Assembly: GCA_038206105.1 (NCBI GenBank)
Contig: JBBRBF010000002.1
Span: forward strand, 19,372 to 83,371
Source of the DNA: Actinomycetales bacterium
GTDB taxonomy: Bacteria > Actinomycetota > Actinomycetes > Actinomycetales > JBBRBF01
Length of the DNA stretch: 64,000 nt
Direction of reading: 5' to 3'
A model generated the notes under the pieces. It saw only the letters and a program-made list of their open reading frames with translations. It did no database searches and had not been told where the DNA came from. The translations under genes were made by a program, and so were the position numbers. Below, piece by piece: positions 53,719 to 63,042 of this stretch. How positions within the stretch are numbered: the first letter of the stretch is position 1; each line of letters begins with the position of its first letter.

Positions 53719-54714
53719 GTGGACCTCGACGCGTTCGTGGTGGTCAACTCCGGCGACTGGGACGAGCTCGAGCGTCTCGTCGCCCGACGCCGGCTCACCG
53801 GCGCCGAGGCCGACCGGCTCGTGCAGCTGTACCAGCGCACGGCGACGCACCTGTCCACGGTCCGCAGCGCCGCGCCCGACCCGGCGCTCGTCGCGCGGCT
53901 GTCGACCGTGGTCGCTCGCGCCCGGACGCGGCTCACCGGGGCGCACGAGCCGGTCTGGCGCGACGTCGTCCGGTTCTGGCTGGTCTCGTTCCCGGCGGCC
54001 CTGTACCGGGTGCGGTGGTGGACCGCGGGCGTCACCGTCGCGTTCCTCGTCGTGGCGTTCGCGGCCGGGGCGTGGGTCGTGGGCAGCCCCGAGGTGCAGG
54101 CGTCGCTGGGCAGCGACGCCGAGATCCGCCGCCTCGTCGACGTCGACTTCGAGTCGTACTACTCCCAGGCGCCGGCGTCCTCGTTCGCGGCGCAGGTCTG
54201 GACGAACAACGCGTGGGTCGCGGCGCAGGCGATCGCGTTCGGCATCACCGGCGTCTTCGTCGTCTTCGTGGTGTGGCAGAACGCGTTCAACGTCGGCCTG
54301 GTCGGCGGGCTGATGTGGGCGAACGACCGTGGCGACCTGTTCTTCGGCCTGATCCTGCCGCACGGCCTGCTCGAGCTGACCGCGGTCTTCGTCGCCTCCG
54401 GGACCGGGCTGGCGCTGTTCTGGGCGTGGGCGGCACCCGGCCCCCGGACCCGGTCCGCGGCGCTGGCGGAGGAGGGACGGGCGCTGGTGACCGTGGCCGT
54501 CGGGCTCGTGGCGGTGCTCGCCGTCTCCGGTGTCGTGGAGGCGTTCGTGACGCCCAGCCCGCTGCCGACGTGGGGTCGGATCGGCGTCGGCGTGGTCGTG
54601 CTCGCCCTCTTCCTCGCCTACGCGGGGGTGCTCGGACGGCGTGCGGCGCGGGCCGGCGAGACCGGCGACCTGCGCGCGGAGCTCGCCGGGGACGCCGCCA
54701 CCGTCACCGGCTGA
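53719..54714 (+). CDS. Stage II sporulation protein M-like (DUF95) membrane protein
   Basis: NNAWVAAQAIAFGITG...ILPHGLLELTAVFVASGTGL is characteristic of SpoIIM/DUF95. It is divergent from the RDD gene. Confidence 0.8.
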   Translation: MDLDAFVVVNSGDWDELERLVARRRLTGAEADRLVQLYQRTATHLSTVRSAAPDPALVARLSTVVARARTRLTGAHEPVWRDVVRFWLVSFPAALYRVRWWTAGVTVAFLVVAFAAGAWVVGSPEVQASLGSDAEIRRLVDVDFESYYSQAPASSFAAQVWTNNAWVAAQAIAFGITGVFVVFVVWQNAFNVGLVGGLMWANDRGDLFFGLILPHGLLELTAVFVASGTGLALFWAWAAPGPRTRSAALAEEGRALVTVAVGLVAVLAVSGVVEAFVTPSPLPTWGRIGVGVVVLALFLAYAGVLGRRAARAGETGDLRAELAGDAATVTG

Positions 54715-54790
54715 CGCGCGTCACGCGAGGGGGTTGAGCCCACAGGGACCGGCGGGACCCGACGTGCATGGTCCCCTGGTGGGGGCGGGG

Positions 54791-56083
54791 TCAGAGCCGG
54801 CCTGCGGCCTTGAGCGCCAGGTAGGCCGAGGCCAGCGCCGGCGGCAGCCCGGCGGGGTCCGCCTCGACCACCTCGGCACCGGCGCGCTGCAGGGCCCCGG
54901 CCAGGGCCGCCCGTTCGAGCGCCCCCCGCTCCGCGGCGGCCGCGTCGACGACCGCGTCCGCGCTGCCCCGTCGTGCGGCCATCTCGGTCAGCACCGGGTC
55001 GGACACCGACGCGACGAGCACGGTGTGCCGGGCGGCGAGCCGCGGCACCACCGGGAGCAGGCCCTCCTGGGCCGCGGCCGCCTCGAGCGGCGTCAGCAGC
55101 ACCACCAGCGACCGGCGCGAGGTGCGGGCCCGCACCTCGGCGGCGATCCGCAACCAGTCCGCCTCGACCAGGGCGGGGGCCAGCGGCGCCAGCGCCCCGA
55201 CGAGCGCGGGCAGCAGGTCCTTGCCGGCGCGGCCGGTGACGCGGGCCCGCACCTGACGGTCGACGGCCACGAGGTCGACCCGGTCACCAGCGCGCGAGGC
55301 CAGCGCGGCGAGCAGCAGGGCGGAGTCGATCGCCGCGTCCAGCCGCGGCTCGTCCCCGACGCGGGCCGCCGCCGTCCGCGACGTGTCGAGCACGATCAGC
55401 ACGCGGCGGTCGCGCTCCGGCCGCCACGTGCGCACGACGACCTGCTGCCGTCGTGCCGTCGCCCGCCAGTCGATCGAGCGGACGTCGTCCCCGTCCACGT
55501 ACTCGCGCAACGCGTCGAACTCCGTGCCCTGCCCGCGTTGGCGCACCGCGGACCGGCCGTCGATCTCCTGCAGCCGGGCGAGCAGACCGGGCAGGTGCCG
55601 CCGCGACGTGAACGGCGGCAGCACCCGCAGCCGGGCCGGCACGGGGATCGAGGCCTGCCGGGCGGCCAGGCCCAGAGGGCCCACCGCCCGCACCGTGACG
55701 CGGTCCGCGACCCGGTCGCCGCGTCGCGTCGGCACCAGGGTCGTGACGACCCGGCGGCGCTCCCCGGGCGGCACGTCGACGCGGTGACGCGGGTCGCGTG
55801 CCCCGGCCGACGGCTGCCACGCGTCACGCAGCACCCCCCGCAGCCGGCGCCGGCCCCCGTTGGCCACGGTCACCGAGCACGTCGCGGGCTCGCCGAGGCG
55901 CACCCGCCCCGGCACGTCCCGCGCCAGCGAGAGCGTCCGCGGTGACGCGGCCAGCGCCACGTCGAGCGCCAGTGCCACCAGCACCACCAGCGACCAGCCG
56001 AGGAGCCCGGCCCACCCGGGCACGAGCACGACGACCGGCAACCCGATCACCGCGAGCAGCACCGCCCGTCCGGTGATGGCCAC
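54791..56083 (-). CDS. DUF58 domain-containing protein
   Basis: EFDALREYVDGDDVRSIDWRATARRQQVVVRTW...VLIVLD is the typical DUF58 partner of MoxR. Confidence 0.85.
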   Translation of the reverse strand: MAITGRAVLLAVIGLPVVVLVPGWAGLLGWSLVVLVALALDVALAASPRTLSLARDVPGRVRLGEPATCSVTVANGGRRRLRGVLRDAWQPSAGARDPRHRVDVPPGERRRVVTTLVPTRRGDRVADRVTVRAVGPLGLAARQASIPVPARLRVLPPFTSRRHLPGLLARLQEIDGRSAVRQRGQGTEFDALREYVDGDDVRSIDWRATARRQQVVVRTWRPERDRRVLIVLDTSRTAAARVGDEPRLDAAIDSALLLAALASRAGDRVDLVAVDRQVRARVTGRAGKDLLPALVGALAPLAPALVEADWLRIAAEVRARTSRRSLVVLLTPLEAAAAQEGLLPVVPRLAARHTVLVASVSDPVLTEMAARRGSADAVVDAAAAERGALERAALAGALQRAGAEVVEADPAGLPPALASAYLALKAAGRL

Positions 56084-56086
56084 GGC

Positions 56087-57112
56087 TCAGCGCGGGACGG
56101 CGACGGCGCGCAGCACCGAGTCGAGCACGCCGTCGGCGTCGACGCCCTCGAGCTCGGCCTCGGGGCGCAGCTGGAGCCGGTGCCGCAGGGTCGGGTGCGC
56201 CAGGGCCTTCACGTCGTCCGGGGTGACGTAGTCCCGGCCCGCCAGCCACGCCCACGCGCGGCTCGTCGCCAGCAGGGCCGTGGCGCCCCGGGGGGACACG
56301 CCGAGCCCCACGGACGGCGAGGTCCGGGTGGCGCGACACACGTCGACGACGTAGCCCAGCACCTCGGGCGCGACGCCGACCCGTGCGACCTCGGCGGTCG
56401 CTGCGGCGAGGTCCGCGGGGGACGCGACCGCCCGCACCCCGGCCGCGCGGAGGTCGCGCGGGTCGAACCCGCGGGCGTGACGGGCGAGCACCTCGATCTC
56501 GTCGTCGCGCGGAGGCACCGGCATCGTGAGCTTCAGCAGGAACCGGTCGAGCTGGGCCTCCGGGAGCGGGTAGGTGCCCTCGTGCTCCACCGGGTTCTGG
56601 GTCGCCGCGACGCAGAACGGGGACGGCAACGGGCGCGGGACGCCGTCCACGCTCACCTGCCGCTCCTCCATCGCCTCGAGCAGCGACGCCTGCGTCTTCG
56701 GCGGGGTCCGGTTGATCTCGTCGGCCAGCAGCAGGTTCGCGAAGACCGGACCCTCCCGGAACGAGAACTGCGCGGTCCGGGCGTCGTAGACGAGCGACCC
56801 GGTCACGTCCCCGGGCATGAGGTCGGGCGTGAACTGGACCCGGCGGGACTCCAGCTCCAGGCTCGCCGCCAGCGCCCGGACCAGCAGCGTCTTCGCGGTG
56901 CCCGGTACGCCCTCGAGCAGCACGTGCCCCCGGCACAGCAGGGCGACGACCACCCCGGAGACGACAGGCCCCTGCCCGACGACGGCCTTGCCGACCTCCT
57001 CGCGGACGGCGAGCAGCGCGGAGCGTGCGTCGGGCGTCGGGCCACCGCCCGGGTCGGACGACGCGGCACCGGGCTCGCCGGTCGGCTCGGGTGCGCTCGC
57101 GGGTGCGCTCAC
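56087..57112 (-). CDS. MoxR-family AAA+ ATPase
   Basis: LLEGVPGTAKTLLVRALA (Walker A), LLADEINRTPPKTQASLLEAMEE (Walker B/sensor) and GVSPRGATALL. The GTG start overlaps the upstream stop. Confidence 0.92.
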   Translation of the reverse strand: MSAPASAPEPTGEPGAASSDPGGGPTPDARSALLAVREEVGKAVVGQGPVVSGVVVALLCRGHVLLEGVPGTAKTLLVRALAASLELESRRVQFTPDLMPGDVTGSLVYDARTAQFSFREGPVFANLLLADEINRTPPKTQASLLEAMEERQVSVDGVPRPLPSPFCVAATQNPVEHEGTYPLPEAQLDRFLLKLTMPVPPRDDEIEVLARHARGFDPRDLRAAGVRAVASPADLAAATAEVARVGVAPEVLGYVVDVCRATRTSPSVGLGVSPRGATALLATSRAWAWLAGRDYVTPDDVKALAHPTLRHRLQLRPEAELEGVDADGVLDSVLRAVAVPR

Positions 57113-58494
57113 GGGTGCTCGGTCTCCCTCGGGTCGGCTGCGTCTCGGTCGCGGTCGTTGTGCGGGTCGCTCGGGTCGGGTGCACGAGGGTCGCGTGCGG
57201 GGGGTGCCGTCGCCGCACCCGCGACCGCGGCCTCCAGGGCGTCGAGGTCGTCGGCCAGGCGCACGAGGGCCCCGCCGTCGCGCCTGCTCGCACTGCCGGT
57301 GAGCAGGGCCGCGACGTCGGCGGTGCTGCGCCCGGCAGCGGGTGCGGCGGCGGCGACGACGGCGGCCGCGTCGGAGCCGGGCGGCAGGCCGAGCCGTCGG
57401 GCGAGCCGCGTCATCGCAGCCGCCCGCAGCACGGCGGCGGCCCGGTCGGTGGCACCCGCCTGCCGGTACAGGGCGGCCCGCCCCTGCGCGGTCTCGGCGG
57501 AGCGGACGACGACCGGGAGCGACTCGGGGACGAGTCGCCCGAGCCGCCGGCCCCGCCACAGCGCCGTCATCAGGGCGACGACCGCGAGCTGCGCGGTCAG
57601 CGGTGCCACCCAGCCGGGCAGCAGGGACTGCGGCGAGGGCTGGTCGGCGGCGGCGTCGAGCGGACTGGCCATCAGCCAGACCAGCGTCGCCTGCGAGCCG
57701 AGCACGCGCAGCGACAGGGCGGCGTTGCCGGCGGTCAACACCGAGGAGTTGCGCAGCACGTCCGGCTGGCCGATCACCCGCAGCGTGCCGCCCCCGTCCG
57801 GCAGCGAGGTGACCGCGAAGGCTCCGCTCGCACCGGCTGCACCGGCTGCACCGGCTGCACCGGCTGCACCGGCTGCCGCGGCGTCGCCGTCCGGACCGGT
57901 CTCGGGAAAGCACACCGTCGCGCCCGGGCCCGTCGACCGCAGCAGCGCCCCGCCTCCCGTGGCGCGCCCCGCGGCACCGGCGTCGGTGTCGTCGCAGGCG
58001 GCGTCGACGACCGCTGCGGACGCTGTGCCGGCGGGGGCGAGCTCGACGCCCAGGGCGTCCAGGACCGCCCCGTCGGGTGCCACGAGGACGAGGTCGGCGC
58101 CGGTGGCCGCCAGGCGCCGCAACCGGTCCGGTGCCAGCACCGGTGCGTCCACGACCAGCACGGTGGTCCCCGGCCCGGCGACGTCGAGCGCGGCGTCCAC
58201 CCGGGTCACCCGCTGCACGTGGACGCCCTCGCGCCGAAGCACCTGCGCGAGCGCGCGGGCACCGTCCGGTCCGGCGCTCTCGGGGTCGAGCGTCCCGGCG
58301 CCCGGGCTGCCGGTGACGACGACGGTGAGTACCGCGCCTGCCAGCAGGAAGACCCCGACGGCGGCGGCGAGGCGCCCCCGCCGCCACCGCGCGACGGCAC
58401 GGCTGCGCACGCTCGTCCCGTCGCCGGTGACCCCACCGGCTGCCACCGCCTCCGCGCCCTGCCCGGCGTCCACCACCGTCGCGCCGCCGCTCAC
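57109..58494 (-). CDS. DUF4350 domain-containing membrane protein
   Basis: An N-terminal TM is followed by ESAGPDGARALAQVLRREGVHV and a C-terminal TM. Position and translation fit the DUF4350 gene upstream of moxR. GTGA overlaps at both ends. Confidence 0.72.
   Translation of the reverse strand: MSGGATVVDAGQGAEAVAAGGVTGDGTSVRSRAVARWRRGRLAAAVGVFLLAGAVLTVVVTGSPGAGTLDPESAGPDGARALAQVLRREGVHVQRVTRVDAALDVAGPGTTVLVVDAPVLAPDRLRRLAATGADLVLVAPDGAVLDALGVELAPAGTASAAVVDAACDDTDAGAAGRATGGGALLRSTGPGATVCFPETGPDGDAAAAGAAGAAGAAGAAGASGAFAVTSLPDGGGTLRVIGQPDVLRNSSVLTAGNAALSLRVLGSQATLVWLMASPLDAAADQPSPQSLLPGWVAPLTAQLAVVALMTALWRGRRLGRLVPESLPVVVRSAETAQGRAALYRQAGATDRAAAVLRAAAMTRLARRLGLPPGSDAAAVVAAAAPAAGRSTADVAALLTGSASRRDGGALVRLADDLDALEAAVAGAATAPPARDPRAPDPSDPHNDRDRDAADPRETEHP
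57830..57874 (-). repeat. In-frame 9-bp tandem repeat x5 inside the DUF4350 gene
   Basis: (GCACCGGCT)5 on the + strand encodes AGAAGAAGAAGAAGA. Confidence 0.95.
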
Positions 58495-59153
58495 CACGGC
58501 ACCGCCGTCGGCGTGCCCCTGCCGGCGACCCCCGACGGGCCGGCCGGTCGGGCCGGCGTGGCTCGCGCCGCGGCCACGTCCTCGTCGAGCCGGCGGGCCC
58601 GCTCGGCGTCGGCAGACGTCGCCGGGTGCGACCCGTAGGTCACGTCGTCGAAGCGGCGGGCCACCGCTGTGAGGTCCGGCGCCAGCGCCGGCAGCCACCC
58701 CGCGACCTCGCGGGCGGCCTCGTCGGCCGTGCGGCCGGGGTCGGGGACCAGCAGTGCCCGCTCCTCGCAGCCTCGGACCACGGCGCGGAAGGCGTCGCGA
58801 AGCGCCCCCGCGTGGTCCCCGGCGGCGCGCCCCCTGGCCGCCGCGGCGCGGTACTGCTCGGCCGTCGCCGCGGAGTCGACCAGTGCTGAGGGGTGCCCGG
58901 AGCGGCCGCCCGCGAACGGTCGGCCCGCGGCGCGCACCCCCACCACCACGGCGACCGCGAGGACGGCGAGCAGCACCGCCAGCCCGACGCCGCCCGGCCC
59001 CCCCGGCAGCTCCAGCGACGTGAGCAGCTCCCACAGCCCGCGCAGGGCCTGCCCGATCGGGCCGGGCCGGGCCGCCTCGTACACCGGGTCCGCGAGCTCC
59101 TCGCGCAGCAGCCGGCGCGCGGTGCCCTCGTCCGGCAGGAGCGGCGTGCTCAC
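58491..59153 (-). CDS. DUF4129 domain-containing protein
   Basis: ARRLLREELADPVYEAA..., then a TM segment, then TADEAAREVA...RRFDDVTYG, as in DUF4129. GTGA overlaps at both ends. Confidence 0.72.
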   Translation of the reverse strand: MSTPLLPDEGTARRLLREELADPVYEAARPGPIGQALRGLWELLTSLELPGGPGGVGLAVLLAVLAVAVVVGVRAAGRPFAGGRSGHPSALVDSAATAEQYRAAAARGRAAGDHAGALRDAFRAVVRGCEERALLVPDPGRTADEAAREVAGWLPALAPDLTAVARRFDDVTYGSHPATSADAERARRLDEDVAAARATPARPAGPSGVAGRGTPTAVPW

Positions 59154-60379
59154 GCGCCCGGCGGGCCGTCCGCGGCGGGGTGGTCCCGGGTCGCGGCCCG
59201 GGCCAGCTGGACGTCGAGACCCTCGCGGCGCATCCGCAGGTCGATGTAGAGCAGCGCCGTGACGGCAGCGGTGAAGGGGTAGACGATCGTGCGCGCGACG
59301 ACGTCGCCGACGGCCTGCAGCACGAGCTGCGCCGGAGCGACCCCGGCGGCGGCCGCCGGGTCGTCCCCGGACACCACCGAGATCACCAGGGATCCTCCGG
59401 CGAACGGGGCGCTGACGATGGTCACCGTGATCATCGTGATCACCACGGTGAGCACCACGATCCCCAGCACCCGCCAGAAGCTGCCCCGGCTCAGGGCCCA
59501 GGAACGGCGCCACGCCCCCAGGACGCCCTGGTCCTCGAGCAGCAGGGCCGGCGCGACGAGCGCGAGCCGGCCGTAGAGCCACAGGAAGGCGCCGAGGCCC
59601 GCGAGCAGCCCGAGGAGCAGCAGACCCACCCCCAACGGCGTGCTGAACGCGAGCACCACGACCCCGGGCACGACCGGGACCACCATCGCCGCGACGAGGG
59701 CCAGGCCGACGAGCAGGGTGAGCCCGACGAGCGGCAGCAGCCGCCCGCGCGTGCGCTGCCACAGCTCGCCGAGCGGGACGCGCCGACCGAGCACGGCCTG
59801 GCTCACCGCGAACGTCAGCAGGCCGGTCACGACGGACAGGCCGATGAGACTGGCGACGGTCGAGACGACCAGACCGACGCCGAGCACCTCGAGGGAGCCG
59901 AACACGACGTCGAGGTCGGCCGAGGTGACCTCCCGCCCCGGGTCGGTGAGCCCGGTCAGCGTCGTCAGGGAGTCGGCGGCGAAGAGGCTGACGAGCAGGT
60001 CGACCACGGCCATCACCGTGACGACCACGGCTGTCATGCCCAGCATGGTGCGGGGGTTCGTCCGCAGCGCCTGGAACGCCCCGTCGTAGATCTCACCCAG
60101 GGACAGCGGCCGTAGCGGCACGATCCCTGGGCGCAGCCCCGGCGCGGCCGGCGGCTGCTGCGGCCGCGCCCCCCAGCCGGTGGGGGACGCTCCGACGTTC
60201 CCGCCCGGCGCCGACCCGCCCGGTGCCGACCCGCCCGGGGTGGACCAGCCTCCGGGCGCGTCGGCCCAGCCGGCGCCGGTCCCGCCGGTGCCGCTGTCGT
60301 CGTGCTCGCCCACGCGTGGTGCCCCCGCCTGCCGTGGTCGCAGCTGCCCTCGCAGCCTGCCGTGATCGTCACCGCTCAT
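59150..60379 (-). CDS. Polytopic membrane protein (glycerophosphodiester-phosphodiesterase membrane-domain-like / DUF7544-like)
   Basis: The Gly/Pro-rich N-terminus is followed by LSLGEIYDGAFQALRTNPRTMLG and about 6 TM segments. It is the first gene of the moxR operon. Confidence 0.65.
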   Translation of the reverse strand: MSGDDHGRLRGQLRPRQAGAPRVGEHDDSGTGGTGAGWADAPGGWSTPGGSAPGGSAPGGNVGASPTGWGARPQQPPAAPGLRPGIVPLRPLSLGEIYDGAFQALRTNPRTMLGMTAVVVTVMAVVDLLVSLFAADSLTTLTGLTDPGREVTSADLDVVFGSLEVLGVGLVVSTVASLIGLSVVTGLLTFAVSQAVLGRRVPLGELWQRTRGRLLPLVGLTLLVGLALVAAMVVPVVPGVVVLAFSTPLGVGLLLLGLLAGLGAFLWLYGRLALVAPALLLEDQGVLGAWRRSWALSRGSFWRVLGIVVLTVVITMITVTIVSAPFAGGSLVISVVSGDDPAAAAGVAPAQLVLQAVGDVVARTIVYPFTAAVTALLYIDLRMRREGLDVQLARAATRDHPAADGPPGA

Positions 60380-60478
60380 CCTGCCACGCGGGCCTGACGT
60401 CCCTGCCCTCGTCGGCGACCGGGTAGTGAGACGATGAGGCCCCCGGCGCCGGCGCGCCGGTTGGAGGACGGAGGACGG

Positions 60479-61156
60479 ATGCGAGGACGGGTGCTCGTCG
60501 TCGACGACGACACCGCGCTGGCGGAGATGATCGGGATCGTGCTGCGGGGCGAGGGCTTCGAGCCCTCGTTCTGCGCCGACGGGGACGCTGCCCTGGAGGC
60601 CTTCCGGACCGTGCGGCCGGACCTCGTGCTGCTCGACCTCATGCTCCCTGGCAAGGACGGCATCGAGGTGTGCCGCCAGATCCGCGCCGAGTCGGGCGTG
60701 CCGATCGTCATGCTCACGGCCAAGAGCGACACCGTGGACGTCGTCCTGGGGCTCGAGTCCGGCGCGGACGACTACGTGCCCAAGCCGTTCAAGCCGAAGG
60801 AGCTCGTCGCGCGGGTGCGCACGCGGCTGCGCCGCACCGAGCAGACCGGACCGGAGCTGCTGCAGGTCGGTGACGTCGAGATCGACGTGGCCGGGCACGC
60901 GGTCCGCCGCGACGGCGAGGTCGTCGCGCTGACACCGCTGGAGTTCGACCTGCTCGTCGCCCTCGCCCGCAAGCCGTGGCAGGTGTTCACGCGCGAGGTG
61001 CTCCTCGAGGAGGTGTGGGGCTACCGCCACGCCGCGGACACGCGGCTTGTGAACGTGCACGTGCAGCGGCTGCGCTCGAAGGTCGAGCGGGACCCCGAGC
61101 GGCCCGAGGTCGTCGTCACCGTGCGCGGTGTCGGCTACAAGGCGGGCACGGCCTGA
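60479..61156 (+). CDS. mtrA: OmpR-family response regulator MtrA
   Basis: MRGRVLVVDDDTALAEMIGIVLRGEGF...DLMLPGKDG...winged-helix...VVVTVRGVGYKAG. GGAGGACGGAGGACGG lies before ATG 60479. Confidence 0.95.
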   Translation: MRGRVLVVDDDTALAEMIGIVLRGEGFEPSFCADGDAALEAFRTVRPDLVLLDLMLPGKDGIEVCRQIRAESGVPIVMLTAKSDTVDVVLGLESGADDYVPKPFKPKELVARVRTRLRRTEQTGPELLQVGDVEIDVAGHAVRRDGEVVALTPLEFDLLVALARKPWQVFTREVLLEEVWGYRHAADTRLVNVHVQRLRSKVERDPERPEVVVTVRGVGYKAGTA

Positions 61157-61392
61157 GGGTGCCCACCCGTCCGGTCGTGCCCCGGTCCCCGGCCGTGGGG
61201 CAACCCCCCGCCCGGAGGGCCCCTGCGCAGACCGGCCGTCCGTCGGGTGCGGGCAGCACCGGCGAGGGCGTCCGTCCGGGACGCCCGCCGCACCCGGCCC
61301 CGCACCTGCTGGGTCGGCTCCAGGGTGCCGCACGACGCGGCCAGGTCAGGACGGGCGGTGCGCTCGGGCCGGCAGCCGCACGCGGCCGGGTG

Positions 61393-63042
61393 ATGCTGCG
61401 GGCAGGCCCGCGCCGGGGCCCCCGCAGCCTGCTGGCCGCCGCGAGGACGTCGTGGCGACGCTCGCTGCAGCTGCGGGTCGTGGCGACGACGGTGCTGCTG
61501 GGGATGGTGGCGGTCACCCTGCTCGGCGCCTACCTCGCGGGGCAGATCAGCGACCGGCTGTTCGTGGAGCGGCGCGAGCAGGTCCTCGCCGAGGCCGACC
61601 AGGCCCTCACCGACGTCCAGGAGCTGCTCGCTGGTGCGTCGGTCGGCAACCGGGACGAGGTCGAGACGTTCGTGCTCGACCAGGTCATCCGCGGCCTGCA
61701 GGGTGTCAACGCCGACCGGGAGCGCGGCGTGCTGCTGCTGCGGCCCCCGGGAACGGAGGGGGCTCGCCTGCTGCCCGACCTGGTGTCGGGAGGGTTGAGC
61801 ACCACCGTCGTGCCGGAGTCGCTGCGTGACGCGGTGCGGGCGGGCGACCGCGCGGACACCCCGGTGCGGTTGGGGGGAGCCGGAGGGTCGCGACCGGGCC
61901 TCGCCGTGGGCGACCTCGTCGACGTCCCGATCGTCGGGGTGTACGAGCTGTACCTCGTGTTCTCCCTGGAGCGCGAGCAGCGCACGCTCGACGCGGTGCA
62001 GCGGGTGCTCGCCGTGGGCGAGGTCGCCCTGGTGCTGATGGTCGGGGCCGTCGCGTGGGTGGTGACGCGACAGGTCGTCGCGCCGGTGCGGCAGGCAGCG
62101 GGGGTCGCAGCCCGCCTCGCCGACGGGGACCTCGACCAGCGGATGCAGCGCCGGGGGCAGGACGACCTGGCCCGGCTCGCCGGGTCCTTCAACGCCATGG
62201 CGGCGAGCCTGCAGGAGCAGATCGGCCGGATGGAGGAGCTGTCGCGGCTGCAGCGGCGGTTCGTCTCCGACGTCTCGCACGAGCTGCGGACGCCCCTGAC
62301 GACGATCCGGATGGCGGGGGAGGTGCTGCACGAGTCCCGGCACTCCTTCGACCCGGCGCTCGCGCGCTCCGCCGAGCTGCTGGCGACGCAGCTGGACCGC
62401 TTCGAGGAGCTGCTCGCCGACCTGCTGGAGATCAGCCGGTTCGATGCCGGGGCCGCCGCCCTGGACGCCGAGGCGGTGGACGTGCGCACGGTCGTCGAGC
62501 GGGTGCGCGACCTCGCAGGACCGATCGCGGAGCGCCGCGGGAGCCGGGTGTCCGTGGACCAGCCCGCGGCGCCGTGCATGGCCGAGGTCGACTCCCGCCG
62601 GGTGGAGCGCATCGTGCGCAACCTCGTGCTCAACGCCGTCGAGCACGGCGAGGGCCGTCCCGTGGAGGTGACGCTGCGCTCGGACGCCGACGCCGTCGCC
62701 GTGCGCGTGCGTGACCACGGCGTGGGGCTGGCCGCCGAGGAGGCGGACCGGGTCTTCGACCGGTTCTGGCGCGCCGACCCCGCCCGGGCCCGTTCCACGG
62801 GCGGCACCGGGCTCGGCCTGGCGATCTCGTTGGAGGACGCCCACCTGCACGGCGGCACGCTGCGGGTCTGGGGCCGTCCCGGGCAGGGCGCGGCGTTCCT
62901 GCTGACCCTGCCGCGGCGGGCCGGGGCACGGCTCGTCGGGTCGCCGCTGACGCTCGAGGACGGGTCCGGGGCCGGCCACGAGGGCGGCCACGGGGGCGGG
63001 GGGGCGCCTTCACGCGAGCCCACCGGTGGTGGGCGTGGGTGA
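61393..63042 (+). CDS. mtrB: Sensor histidine kinase MtrB
   Basis: WRRSLQLRVVATTVLLG (conserved MtrB N-terminus), a HAMP domain, the H-box FVSDVSHELRTPLT and the G-boxes. An in-frame GTG at 61159 would add 78 Pro/Arg/Gly-rich residues. Confidence 0.88.
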   Translation: MLRAGPRRGPRSLLAAARTSWRRSLQLRVVATTVLLGMVAVTLLGAYLAGQISDRLFVERREQVLAEADQALTDVQELLAGASVGNRDEVETFVLDQVIRGLQGVNADRERGVLLLRPPGTEGARLLPDLVSGGLSTTVVPESLRDAVRAGDRADTPVRLGGAGGSRPGLAVGDLVDVPIVGVYELYLVFSLEREQRTLDAVQRVLAVGEVALVLMVGAVAWVVTRQVVAPVRQAAGVAARLADGDLDQRMQRRGQDDLARLAGSFNAMAASLQEQIGRMEELSRLQRRFVSDVSHELRTPLTTIRMAGEVLHESRHSFDPALARSAELLATQLDRFEELLADLLEISRFDAGAAALDAEAVDVRTVVERVRDLAGPIAERRGSRVSVDQPAAPCMAEVDSRRVERIVRNLVLNAVEHGEGRPVEVTLRSDADAVAVRVRDHGVGLAAEEADRVFDRFWRADPARARSTGGTGLGLAISLEDAHLHGGTLRVWGRPGQGAAFLLTLPRRAGARLVGSPLTLEDGSGAGHEGGHGGGGAPSREPTGGGRG

